Sequence record: MT710307.1
Reading direction: 5' to 3' (one strand)
DNA length: 64,000 nucleotides
The position numbers and the translations under genes were made by a program. The notes below the pieces were generated by a model that worked only from the letters and a program-made list of their open reading frames with translations, was not told where the DNA came from and did not search any database. Positions within the stretch are counted from its first letter, which is position 1, and each line of letters starts with the position of its first letter. Shown here one piece after another: positions 39,301 through 47,835 of the stretch.

Positions 39301-40549
39301 CACTTTCATTCGCAGTAAAGAGGGTGAGGAACACAAGCCGGGCGAAGTGCTGTCGTTTATCGACGGACTGGTACCGGACACGCTGATGGATGATGCGAAG
39401 CGTCAAAACTTCGTGGGTATCCAATATGGTTCGACCACAACGGTCGTGGGGGCAATGGTACCGCCTTATCGGACTGAGTTAGAGAAGGGCGTTGCACACC
39501 GCACGTCGGTGAAACACGCACGCGGTATCGATAAGCCGGGCAAAATCGTCATGAAGACGGATGAGTTTATCCGTATCAAGTACGACGACGGTGAAGAAGA
39601 AACGTTTGAACTGGGGCGCTGGTACGGGGCACACGAGGGGACGTATTACCCACACACCGTTATCAGTAAATGGAAGCAGGGCGACAAACTGCCTGCGGGG
39701 TCTATCATCACCTTTAACGGTGATCACTTTGAACCGGATCTCTACGATCCCACTCAGGTTTGCTTGAAAGAATCCATTCTGGCTAATGTCGCGTTGATTG
39801 AAGCGGAAGAGGTTATTGAAGACTCGAATGCAATTAGTGAGCGGTTCGCTGCGAAAGCACAGTCTGATGTGACCAAAATCAAAGAAGTCACGATTGGCTT
39901 TAACCAGAACATGTTGGAAATGGTGAAAGAAGGCGACCATGTAGATGTGGAGTCAATTCTATGCACCTTCAGCGACAACCTGAACGACGATATGAGCGGC
40001 TTCAGTAAAGAAGCAGCCCAAACCCTGTACGAACTCAGTTCGTTCTCACCGCAAGCCGGTGTGCGGGGACACGTCGATAAAATCGAAGTGGTTTACCATG
40101 GTGACCCAGAAGACCTGACTCCATCGCTGAAAACGTTGGTGAATGGGAAAGACCGTCAACGTCGTAAACTGGCAAACGCGCTGGGCAAGGACATTCCAAC
40201 ATCCGGTAGCGTAAACGGGGATTACCGTGTAGACGGTGTGCCGCTGGCGTACAACACGATGTGTGTGAAGTTCTATATCACGCACCGTGTCGACATGGCG
40301 GCAGCTGACAAAATGGTTATCGCTAACCAGTTGAAAACCACGGTACAAGAATTGATGCGCGGCGAGAACTACACTGAACGTGGAGAGGAGCTGGACATCA
40401 TCTTTGGCCGTAACTCGGTGGATGCCCGTATCGTAGGTTCACTGATGCGTATCGGAACATGTAACGCCGCCGGTTTCCATGGCGGTCTTTGTGTCGGGAA
40501 GATTTTAGACGGTGAGGCCGTTCCTGAACTCCCTGCTAAAATCAAATAA
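36362..40549 (+). CDS. Virion RNA polymerase beta subunit, N-terminal/major part
   Basis: RpoB-like motifs NGTEY..RRQ, GGTGGR, MDDAKRQNFVGIQ, ADKMVIANQLK and DIIFGRNSVDARI. Confidence 0.9.
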   Translation: MLLIKQFNQRFSVRRTDEFGKPRIIPLEKLQIPRGSVFHTVDLDQVVLAPPVTTPYFQELEKPAQIRHHYRLPEDGISGKPIPVPVQGQERQILAYHRANRRFRRLTDDTLVRRDPKVLLIENYTPMLPHYRYPDTLMSWYDRLRNIQVLIANQFKYDTAEYLRQNYIIINLGSTLPSFDKFKTTYNNRIKNKLEHFQSIELLWLLDLFGWARGDQKDTLFAGMDMTQLSRMNFIFTHNSGFTSMNMGVVERMRKSAGGRLTDDVMSRHFYRTLIQVMTTQPSDKFETEFVTPEGEEQTVMHDVENDDIVEGSDDITDEDIVNDEPVVNDDDVDFDTNEDLVIEAPKEDVKPTTIVVEKTIDHAAVIKQEVEKLAEAGRVTAKAYKFLNESNQRFNQLPNPYNPKETYEQALTYSVKDIEVKPKKTLVKPLVTTEDWTQSTVDAMDKQYNSVVLPKDILSAVASSQRLGMAIHDHKVEKEISVTGNIEHHTVRLQPIGGEPVTVRFQTPALTEDGTWMANGTEYTMRRQRVDLPIRKVDFDTVALTTAYGKNFVRRSDKVANDYGRWLTNAIIVQAVDPKNTNVTDAKLANVFDPLNTLPRQYTMVARRVSGFNAMGYQWNFDSKKLNDFFGEEAVKALEAKELLPVAKMRGNKFIGMDENSQIYKVDGDKMEPQGDLADFLGVDATKSPREMTELSLMGTSLTLGFIFSYYLGLTGMLKHFGIRYEVLPPGNRIDKTLYDSVIRLADSKIVVICDNDKQRMIVNGLDKYLKLLTTYTESEVDREDIYLNLIRDADGLTPRYINELRLMRTAFVDDMHARILRKMGEPETFIGLLERANEMLLTDYTKPEINGDEMMFVGNQRIAYHVYTAMVRAMRNYQNAPGSNRRFELSQDMVWGAINSDPSVLLAPGANPIQCTKEKDVITMGGTGGRNRKTMVYHTREFQESDLGIVSGNTVDNGDVGITAFLTNNPRFDTVDGTTFIRSKEGEEHKPGEVLSFIDGLVPDTLMDDAKRQNFVGIQYGSTTTVVGAMVPPYRTELEKGVAHRTSVKHARGIDKPGKIVMKTDEFIRIKYDDGEEETFELGRWYGAHEGTYYPHTVISKWKQGDKLPAGSIITFNGDHFEPDLYDPTQVCLKESILANVALIEAEEVIEDSNAISERFAAKAQSDVTKIKEVTIGFNQNMLEMVKEGDHVDVESILCTFSDNLNDDMSGFSKEAAQTLYELSSFSPQAGVRGHVDKIEVVYHGDPEDLTPSLKTLVNGKDRQRRKLANALGKDIPTSGSVNGDYRVDGVPLAYNTMCVKFYITHRVDMAAADKMVIANQLKTTVQELMRGENYTERGEELDIIFGRNSVDARIVGSLMRIGTCNAAGFHGGLCVGKILDGEAVPELPAKIK

Positions 40550-40595
40550 CACTCTGGGCGGGTCGCTACCGCCCAGTCAAACTCCGGAGTAAGGT

Positions 40596-40889
40596 ATGTC
40601 AATTTTAGAACAAATCCGTATGCGCCACAATTTGCCGGTCGCCGACAATGTGCAGTCGCAAGAGACGGACAGCTTTTCACCGGTGCAACGCATGAATGCG
40701 ATTACACTGGCAAATGCCGTGGAACTGACCACGGAAGTTATCCACGGGTTAATGCGTGGGAATAACGGCCTCGACGGTCGCATGGGTGAACAGCGTTTGC
40801 TCAAGCGTGATATTGCCGACATGGTCGGTGGTCGTCTGGCAGGTCGTGTGCAGGATGTTATCAGCACCGTGAAGGGGAACAACCAATGA
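40596..40889 (+). CDS. Small probable head protein
   Basis: 97 aa in the RNAP-head operon, coupled to the next gene. Function inferred from synteny. Confidence 0.6.
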   Translation: MSILEQIRMRHNLPVADNVQSQETDSFSPVQRMNAITLANAVELTTEVIHGLMRGNNGLDGRMGEQRLLKRDIADMVGGRLAGRVQDVISTVKGNNQ

Positions 40890-42349
40890 TCAATCTGTAC
40901 TCTGTTAACGCTACTACGAATGCCATGCGTTTGCTGAAACAAGCAAGCCTGCGTTTAAGTGCGGACGAAGGTTCTCCGATTGCGCTGCTGAACAAAGCCA
41001 CAAACCAAGGGTCTGTGTTTGACTCTGCCATCACCGATGAGCAGTTCTTCCAAACCCTGCCGCAAATCACGGCACTGCGTCAGCCTGCCCATGGCACTGG
41101 CGAAGACAACGTGGTTGTTGATACCGCTGCCGGTGCAGAGTCCATTCGCGTGGAAGACCACGAACCGACCCTGTATGAACTGAAGCGTATGATCAGTCAG
41201 CGTTGTGCGGGGATGCTGGACTTCTCCCGTAACGTGATTCAGCCGTTTGTGCAGGACGTGTTGAAGAACAACCAGATTGCGCCGGTGCAGGAAGTCAAAG
41301 AAGACTGGCAACTGGTTCCGGTCGATACCGATCCGTGCATCAACGAACCGATTGTGCAGGCGCTGATTAACAAACTCGACAACCCGACTGGTATGGGCTT
41401 CTCGCACGAAGCGCTGGACGTGAGTGTGCCGGATGTTATCGATGTGCCGGAGACCGGCCGTAAGACCTTTGACCAGTTGGTAAGCAAACTGCTGACTGAG
41501 CTGGGTCTGTCCATGTCCGAAGCGATGCGTACGCTATGTGCGGGTAACGCGGTTGTGCCGAACTCTACGCAGGCTCCGCATTACATGAAGCAGAACGTCC
41601 TCTTCCTGCTGCTCAGTGCGTACTTCCTGGAGAACCCGTGGGCAAACTCTGGCGTCAGTGTTGACCGCTGGAAAGCCCAGTTCACCAAAGCCCACTACAG
41701 CTATTGTGGTTGGGTGTACCTGTACGCCGAAGCTGTCGTGGTGCGCACTAAACTCGGTAACATCGTTTACTCTTACGATGCCAACGACAAGAAAGTGTAC
41801 ATCTGTCAGGAAGCGCTGGACAGCTACCTGAACGACAACGGCACCGTTGAAGCTCTGCTGGGTGCGCTCTATCTGCTGGACGACGGTGACACCACGGCGT
41901 CAACCAACAAGCAGTCGCTGTTGGATAAGCAGGATGCGTATGTGGCTGCGTGGGATCGTCGCAGTTCCATTCGCCGTATGGCAGCCGACACCGATTGGCT
42001 GACCACAAACCGTCAGGCGCTGAAAACGGCGTTTAATCTGTCCATCGATACCCTCGATCCGGATTACCTGTCCTCTATCGGCGAAAACAAAAAGCTGACC
42101 CCGGCGGAAGCGAAACTGGCATGTGCGTCGTCCATCGACCACCTGTTCAACCGCAGCACCACCGACATCACCGCATTCATTATTCGTACTGCATGCTGTG
42201 AAGTGTTTGGCGAGTATGAGCTGTCCAATCTGATGCTTTCTATTCATGAAGGTATGATTGAAGGTCAGAAGCCGGATGCTGTTGCCTCAACGTGGATCAC
42301 CAACTACGTTCTGGATTGGCTGTTGCAGGGTGTGCTGATCGAAGAATAA
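40886..42349 (+). CDS. Probable virion (head) protein
   Basis: 487 aa between RNAP subunit genes. Confidence 0.65.
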   Translation: MINLYSVNATTNAMRLLKQASLRLSADEGSPIALLNKATNQGSVFDSAITDEQFFQTLPQITALRQPAHGTGEDNVVVDTAAGAESIRVEDHEPTLYELKRMISQRCAGMLDFSRNVIQPFVQDVLKNNQIAPVQEVKEDWQLVPVDTDPCINEPIVQALINKLDNPTGMGFSHEALDVSVPDVIDVPETGRKTFDQLVSKLLTELGLSMSEAMRTLCAGNAVVPNSTQAPHYMKQNVLFLLLSAYFLENPWANSGVSVDRWKAQFTKAHYSYCGWVYLYAEAVVVRTKLGNIVYSYDANDKKVYICQEALDSYLNDNGTVEALLGALYLLDDGDTTASTNKQSLLDKQDAYVAAWDRRSSIRRMAADTDWLTTNRQALKTAFNLSIDTLDPDYLSSIGENKKLTPAEAKLACASSIDHLFNRSTTDITAFIIRTACCEVFGEYELSNLMLSIHEGMIEGQKPDAVASTWITNYVLDWLLQGVLIEE

Positions 42350-42362
42350 CGGAGGGTGTGGC

Positions 42363-43085
42363 ATGAGTGCCATTGAAACCGCACGCCGCGATCCGCGAAA
42401 GATCCATGCTGACTTGGTCGACGAGGGCACTGCCACTATTACCAAAGGGGGGTGTTACCTTTACATCCCTGTTGGGTATACCTCGAAAGAACTGGCGTTC
42501 ATTTCTTCAACGATTGAAATCGTGGGGATGTTCGCCATTTCGACTGACCGTAAGACGTACGGTGTCTCGAACGTCACGACGTTTATTGAGATTACACCGT
42601 CTTCGTTTGAAGAGGTGGATGTTGCAGGCGAGCCTTACTACGAGTTCCGCTTTGACCCCGGTACGGTTGTGTTCCCGAACCGTATGTTGCAAGTGGTTTC
42701 CAACCCGGTGTATAACATCGCCTCCTACGTGTACGACTTTGGTAACCGACCGTTTTGGTTTACCATCGTAGACGATGCTGAGCTGTTGTCCGATGCACCG
42801 TTGTGGAATGGTTTTCGGGTCTTTGCTGACCAGATTACCGCAGATTGTTACGCGGCACACACCCAACGCAAGAAAGGTGACCCACGTACGTTCTTCCGTT
42901 ACACGCTGAAAAAAGACAGCGATATGTTTGGTCCCGTCCAGTACATCCCTCTTCGAGATGGTTCGCTTAACAAAACCTCTCGACTGGCGAAGCTTGCTGA
43001 CGTCGAGCTGAAACGCGGGATTCGTTCTGCGCTCAGTGTCGATCCGATTCGTGCTGAACCGCTTGAGGATCTCTTCATGAGATAA
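42363..43085 (+). CDS. Probable virion RNA polymerase beta-prime middle subunit
   Basis: 240 aa, directly before the prohead protease, the position of the small beta-prime-M subunit in SPN3US/phiKZ. No motif was verified directly. Confidence 0.6.
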   Translation: MSAIETARRDPRKIHADLVDEGTATITKGGCYLYIPVGYTSKELAFISSTIEIVGMFAISTDRKTYGVSNVTTFIEITPSSFEEVDVAGEPYYEFRFDPGTVVFPNRMLQVVSNPVYNIASYVYDFGNRPFWFTIVDDAELLSDAPLWNGFRVFADQITADCYAAHTQRKKGDPRTFFRYTLKKDSDMFGPVQYIPLRDGSLNKTSRLAKLADVELKRGIRSALSVDPIRAEPLEDLFMR

Positions 43086-43142
43086 TGGGTAACGGCATCT
43101 TCGCCGGTGCCGTTATTCACTGACAATTAACTGGGGTAAACA

Positions 43143-43949
43143 ATGGATTCGAATTTAACCATGCGTTACAACTGCGTAGCGCTTGCGGGGATAAACAAAG
43201 GGCAGACGCTCCAGAAGGACGCGGACGGGTATTACTACGTTCTGCTGGGTGCGTTGAACATTTTCAACTCGGAAGGTATCTTCTACGCGTTTAATGAATC
43301 GAAGCATGTCTTCGACCGTTCAAGCGTGTTCATGCGCAAGGTACAGGCCGGTAACCTGTTTGGTGAAGAAGACCACCCGCCGTTTGAGCCGGGGATGTCA
43401 GAAGCCCAATGGATTGAACGCAACGAATGGATTGAAACCAAAAACGTTGCCATGCACATTCGTGAAGTCGAATTAAAACCGACTGACCAAGTGTGTAACG
43501 GTATGCCAGTGGTGGAAATCTGGGGCTGGATTAAACCGAACCGCGATCGCGGGCCGTATCTGGCTGAGGCATTAGAGAACCCACATCAGAATGTGTGCTT
43601 CTCTCTGCGTGCCATCGTTCGCGAAGGTCGTATCGGTGGTACCCTGTGTCGTCGTATTGACCGTATGGTCACCTTCGACTGGGTTATCGAAGATGGCCTG
43701 CAAATCTGCAACAAATACTCTGCGATTGAACGCGGCAGTAAAGTTGCCCGTGAAAGTACCCGTACGTTTGTTGACCGTCCTATCCATCGTCGTACGCTGG
43801 AAGAGATGGCCTTCAACCCGCAGGCGACGTCTAAGATTGCGACAGAGTCACGTCGTGGCGCAGCACGTCAGATTGCACGCGAGTACCTGAACTATTCCGA
43901 GGCCCGTCCTCATACGCGTGTTGTGGGGTTAGGGAAGGGGAGCTGGTAA
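43143..43949 (+). CDS. Prohead serine protease (phiKZ gp175-like)
   Basis: GEEDHP (His), VCFSLRA (Ser) and TFDWV (Asp) motifs, with N-terminal YY.VLLGALN.FNS.G.FY. Confidence 0.85.
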   Translation: MDSNLTMRYNCVALAGINKGQTLQKDADGYYYVLLGALNIFNSEGIFYAFNESKHVFDRSSVFMRKVQAGNLFGEEDHPPFEPGMSEAQWIERNEWIETKNVAMHIREVELKPTDQVCNGMPVVEIWGWIKPNRDRGPYLAEALENPHQNVCFSLRAIVREGRIGGTLCRRIDRMVTFDWVIEDGLQICNKYSAIERGSKVARESTRTFVDRPIHRRTLEEMAFNPQATSKIATESRRGAARQIAREYLNYSEARPHTRVVGLGKGSW

Positions 43950-44564
43950 ATGGCTGAACATGATGCTTCCTTAGATAAGTGGTTTGAAAACCAACTACCT
44001 CGTGTCGCGAAGAAACTCACGATAAAAGGGATAGAGGTGCCACCTTTACACATCGGCGGTAAGGTGCGTGTCTTTACACCGCGGTTGCCCAACAACCCGG
44101 CACCTGGGGAAGATCAGACCATTCCACGCGTTTGCTGTTCATTAACAATCAAGAACTGTTGTGTGGGTGCTCGCCACAACTTTCAGTTCGCAAACGAGAA
44201 CCCACGGTTGTTCATCTATGCGTTCGATGAGCGCAGCGTTGTGCAACCTTCCGTTGAGGTCACAAAGGAACCGAACCGGGCGGGGGAAGTTTGGATTGTT
44301 CCACACCGTATGGCTAACTGGGAAATCAAGCCTCGTGTGATTGGTGAGATGCGCCTGGCCAATATGGCGAAGGATTACACCGAATTGGACTATGTCCTGC
44401 TGGTGTCCGAACCCACGGTATGGGAAAATGGCACAACGTTGAAACCCGACACGGCCTATCACTTCAAAGTGACATGGTCGCCAGAGTTTCGTTTCACGGA
44501 ACCTAAAGTGGTGCCAGTTGATGTCTATCACGATGCCCTGAATGCGTATACCGTCACCCGTTAA
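43950..44564 (+). CDS. Hypothetical/virion-associated protein
   Basis: 204 aa with FTPRLP...EDQTIPRVCCS...GEVW. Confidence 0.65.
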   Translation: MAEHDASLDKWFENQLPRVAKKLTIKGIEVPPLHIGGKVRVFTPRLPNNPAPGEDQTIPRVCCSLTIKNCCVGARHNFQFANENPRLFIYAFDERSVVQPSVEVTKEPNRAGEVWIVPHRMANWEIKPRVIGEMRLANMAKDYTELDYVLLVSEPTVWENGTTLKPDTAYHFKVTWSPEFRFTEPKVVPVDVYHDALNAYTVTR

Positions 44565-44612
44565 GTAAGTTCGTGGTCTGCAAATCACACTTACTACACT
44601 GGAGGCAGTAAC

Positions 44613-44909
44613 ATGAAAGCGGTAAACATTGTGATACCTCCTAGCCTTAACATGTTTTCCCCAGAAGAGTTGAAAGCCGTTGGTTTTCATGCGATTCAGG
44701 GAAGGGTGGGTAAAAACGTCTTAGCCGAAGTGTTGTCTGAACGGTTGGATACAAAGCGAAAGATCAATAATGTCATCGCGGCGATTCCACAGCAAGACCT
44801 CACGAAATTCTATCTCGACCTGCAAGCAGCCGGTGCGACGATTGACTATAGCCGGACGTTCTTCTTACAAACCGAGCTATACCGCCGTATTGTTACTGTG
44901 AAGCAGTAA
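44613..44909 (+). CDS. Hypothetical protein
   Basis: GGAGG RBS, 98 aa. Confidence 0.7.
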   Translation: MKAVNIVIPPSLNMFSPEELKAVGFHAIQGRVGKNVLAEVLSERLDTKRKINNVIAAIPQQDLTKFYLDLQAAGATIDYSRTFFLQTELYRRIVTVKQ

Positions 44910-44966
44910 TAAAAAAATACAGCATTACATGTTTTTGTGCGGGGACTTTTTTAAGGATAACATGAA

Positions 44967-45524
44967 ATGATTTATTTGGATAGCGATGGCGTGTTCGCCG
45001 GTTGGCGATTGTACGCACTGCCCAAATACTTTCCGACGATGACTTCACACGAGTTTAACAAACTGCCAGAACTGAAGCGCCGGGGGTTGATGCGGGACAT
45101 GTATCAACAGGAGCCTAACCTCTTCTATAACCTTCCACCAAATAACGCAATGATTCAAGTTCTTGAATTCATTGAGAAAGAATGCTTATCGTGGTCTATT
45201 CTTACCTCCGGGTCAGAAGATCACTTTGATCATGATTTGGTGGTAGATTGCAAAGAGCGCTGGTTTGATAAACACTTTGGTGTTCCAGCAGACAAAATCA
45301 TCGTGACTGAAAACTCAGGCGCGAAGGCGGCGTATGCAGGACGAGGAAAACTGCTTGTTGACGATTTCGGTCGCAATTGTCGCGAGTGGGCACTCAAAGG
45401 TGGTACCGCCTATTGGGTTCACACAGATGAGCCAAACGTGCGGGATCTTATTCGCCACATTGGTGCTTTTGCAGAAGATCCTAATATGCTCTGTGGGTCT
45501 ATCCTACAGATACAAGCAGGTTAG
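44967..45524 (+). CDS. HAD-family 5'(3')-deoxyribonucleotidase-like phosphatase
   Basis: IYLDSDGV (motif I), ILTS (II), K..W and LLVDDFGRN (IV). Confidence 0.85.
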   Translation: MIYLDSDGVFAGWRLYALPKYFPTMTSHEFNKLPELKRRGLMRDMYQQEPNLFYNLPPNNAMIQVLEFIEKECLSWSILTSGSEDHFDHDLVVDCKERWFDKHFGVPADKIIVTENSGAKAAYAGRGKLLVDDFGRNCREWALKGGTAYWVHTDEPNVRDLIRHIGAFAEDPNMLCGSILQIQAG

Positions 45525-45575
45525 GTGTTAAGGTGGCCATCCCTCAAAAGGTGGCCACGTATTCTATATTTTTTT

Positions 45576-45597
45576 GGATATATATTACCTAGGTGAA
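45576..45597 (+). promoter_or_regulatory. Phage early promoter motif
   Basis: GGATATATATTACCTAGGTGAA contains an exact TATATTAC. Confidence 0.8.
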
Positions 45598-45640
45598 CTT
45601 GCATCCGTAAGTTTTTCAATCGACTATCGAGGAGTAAACA

Positions 45641-45832
45641 ATGAGCGAATTATTACGCAGCTTTCTGAAATTGCATGACGGTTCTAAATCCGCTTGCGAC
45701 GCTTTCGAGGCGCTGTCCGTTATGGACGAGCGTGCGGTACTGGTCAGGAAACTGGCTATCGCCGTAAACGACAACGACGCTCAACGTGCCGCTGAAATCC
45801 GTCAACAACTTTTTGGGACTGTGAAAAAATGA
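45641..45832 (+). CDS. Small hypothetical protein
   Basis: GAGGAG RBS, 63 aa, first gene after the early promoter. Confidence 0.7.
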   Translation: MSELLRSFLKLHDGSKSACDAFEALSVMDERAVLVRKLAIAVNDNDAQRAAEIRQQLFGTVKK

Positions 45833-46506
45833 ATCCACAAGACGTACGTAAACTGACCGAACAAGTTATCCGCCACTTCTACGACTTCTATCGTTACACG
45901 GATAGCGCACACCGTATCGACCACATCCGTTCTGTTATCAGTAACGTGATTCGCATCTGCTACACCAACGGCTGGCAGGAACATCTGAAGCTGGCCATTA
46001 TCGCAGCAGGTGCCCACGACATCTTCTCAACCAAAGAGCTGAGAGCCGAACACCACATCAAAGGTTTTACGTGGGTGCTTGATAATAAGCCCCTGTTGAT
46101 GCGTAAATACAAACTCACCTCCGACGAGTGCTACACCATCGCGTATGCGGTGATGGAACACCGGGGTAGTTTCAAAGGGAACTACAACAGCATCGTCTCC
46201 GAAATTGTGGCGGCGGCTGACCGTGGGATTCCGTCTAAGGATGATGTGACCAACTACATCAGTCGCAGCTACCTGTATGCGCGTGACAACTTAGAGAAAA
46301 GTATTTCGAATGCGAAGTTCCACGCTGTGGCTCACATTCAGGATAAGTTTGGACGCAACGCGTATGCGAAGGTTCCAGACTGGTACCACGAGATGTTCGC
46401 CAGAGAACTGGCTGAACGTCGTGACCTTATCGACATGCTCGATATCGACTTCTTCACGCCAGACTTGGTGGAAGATTTAGAACGTAAACTCAATAACAAC
46501 CCGTAA
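45829..46506 (+). CDS. HD-domain phosphohydrolase
   Basis: AHRIDH, AGAHDI, VMEHR and AAADR give the H...HD...H...D signature. Confidence 0.85.
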   Translation: MNPQDVRKLTEQVIRHFYDFYRYTDSAHRIDHIRSVISNVIRICYTNGWQEHLKLAIIAAGAHDIFSTKELRAEHHIKGFTWVLDNKPLLMRKYKLTSDECYTIAYAVMEHRGSFKGNYNSIVSEIVAAADRGIPSKDDVTNYISRSYLYARDNLEKSISNAKFHAVAHIQDKFGRNAYAKVPDWYHEMFARELAERRDLIDMLDIDFFTPDLVEDLERKLNNNP

Positions 46507-46518
46507 GGATTATCAAAG

Positions 46519-47019
46519 ATGGCTAAAATGACTTCTGTTAAAGACCTGATCGCTGACCTGAACGCTGGCGCTACCACCACCCTGGCTGAGCGTCGCCTGA
46601 CTGAAGAGTCCGTTACCAATCTGGTACGTGGCTTCGAAGCGGGTACACCGACCATCAAAGTCACCCCGAACGAAAAGGGTGAGCATAAGCTGACCATCGC
46701 GGACATGGACACCATGGACCAGTATCGCGCCAACTTCCACGAAGCGTTCAGCAGCATCACCAAAGATCTGATTGGTGAAGAAGCGCGTAAAGACCCGGAG
46801 CTGGGTGCGATGGAAGTGACGCTGGATGTCGGTAAGACCACCTTCTCCACCGCGTTCGCCCGCCCGACCGGCGACAACCCATCTCAGAAAGAGTGGGCTG
46901 CTTCCATCGGCTTCGGCTACAGCACCATCAAGAACAAGTCACTGGAAGGCGCACTGCGTCGTGACTTCGCCAAGGGCTTCCTCGAAGTTGAAGAGGAAGA
47001 CGAAGAAGACGAAGAGTAA
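46519..47019 (+). CDS. Hypothetical protein with highly acidic C-terminal tail
   Basis: 166 aa ending EVEEEDEEDEE. Strong codon bias suggests high expression. Confidence 0.8.
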   Translation: MAKMTSVKDLIADLNAGATTTLAERRLTEESVTNLVRGFEAGTPTIKVTPNEKGEHKLTIADMDTMDQYRANFHEAFSSITKDLIGEEARKDPELGAMEVTLDVGKTTFSTAFARPTGDNPSQKEWAASIGFGYSTIKNKSLEGALRRDFAKGFLEVEEEDEEDEE

Positions 47020-47192
47020 TGGTCAAGATAGTAATCGACCATCACCCTGATGTTATTCCGTTCACGGCGATTCGAAAGGACGGCACGATTGCACCACCCG
47101 AGCAGTTGGGTATAACGATGCGTGTTGTTCCGTCTCCAACGCCTAAGCCTCTGGACGGGGTAGCAAAACTCTATCACCGGAAACGGCGGTAG
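47019..47192 (+). CDS. 57-aa hypothetical protein (not in the ORF track)
   Basis: TAATG-coupled: MVKIVIDHHPDVIPFTAIRKDGTIAPPEQLGITMRVVPSPTPKPLDGVAKLYHRKRR*, followed by a terminator. Confidence 0.55.
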   Translation: MVKIVIDHHPDVIPFTAIRKDGTIAPPEQLGITMRVVPSPTPKPLDGVAKLYHRKRR

Positions 47193-47202
47193 GGTTACAG
47201 AA

Positions 47203-47234
47203 GAGAGCTGTCTTATGACAGCTTTCTTTTTTTT
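47203..47234 (+). terminator. Intrinsic terminator
   Basis: AGCTGTC-TTAT-GACAGCT followed by a T-tract. Confidence 0.75.
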
Positions 47235-47251
47235 GATCTTGAGAGAACATT

Positions 47252-47788
47252 ATGAACGAAATGATGGGTACGATTACCAACGGGATGTTACCGTGCAGAT
47301 TGTCTCGCGAAGAGATTATTGCACGTATCGGTTTACTGGCCGATATCCACATCCGCGGTTTGCTTTCCTCACTGACGTTGCAGGAGTTCACGGAGATTGC
47401 CGAGTACCCGGTGGAAATCATGACCTGTACCGCTAACGGCTATCAACGTTTCCTCTCTGAAACGACCCCTACCATTATCCAGAAAACGGCCGGGTTTATT
47501 CTGCGTTATAAAGCGGCGCTGATTTACGAGCTGGGCAAAGAAGTGTTGAACGTGCTTGAGAAAGAGCACATCACGCTGAACCCTTCAGATGTGGCCAAAC
47601 TGGAAGGGGGTGACAAAAACCTATTGACGCTCTGGACGGTTGCGAACCCAACCTTGTCTGATGTTGCACCGTCTTCCCGCTACGACATCTTTGCCACTTA
47701 CCTGTTCATCAACCACATCAAGTGGCTGGTCATCCGCTTAGAAGCGGAAGGTGAGAAACCGCCTGCGGCTACAGAGCAGAAAAAATAA
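47252..47788 (+). CDS. Hypothetical protein
   Basis: 178 aa, ends at a bidirectional terminator. Confidence 0.65.
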   Translation: MNEMMGTITNGMLPCRLSREEIIARIGLLADIHIRGLLSSLTLQEFTEIAEYPVEIMTCTANGYQRFLSETTPTIIQKTAGFILRYKAALIYELGKEVLNVLEKEHITLNPSDVAKLEGGDKNLLTLWTVANPTLSDVAPSSRYDIFATYLFINHIKWLVIRLEAEGEKPPAATEQKK

Positions 47789-47833
47789 AAAGCCACCCAC
47801 TCCCGAAGGAGTGGGTAAGCTTATCTTTTTTTG
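47786..47833. terminator. Bidirectional intrinsic terminator
   Basis: ACCCACTCC-CGAA-GGAGTGGGT with A- and T-tracts. Confidence 0.85.
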
Positions 47834-47835
47834 CC

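Noticed and set aside
11535-43085. Fragmented RNA polymerase genes as pseudogenes or frameshifts
   Set aside because: Split beta and beta-prime subunits are the established architecture of phiKZ-like RNAPs. Each ORF is intact with its own RBS.
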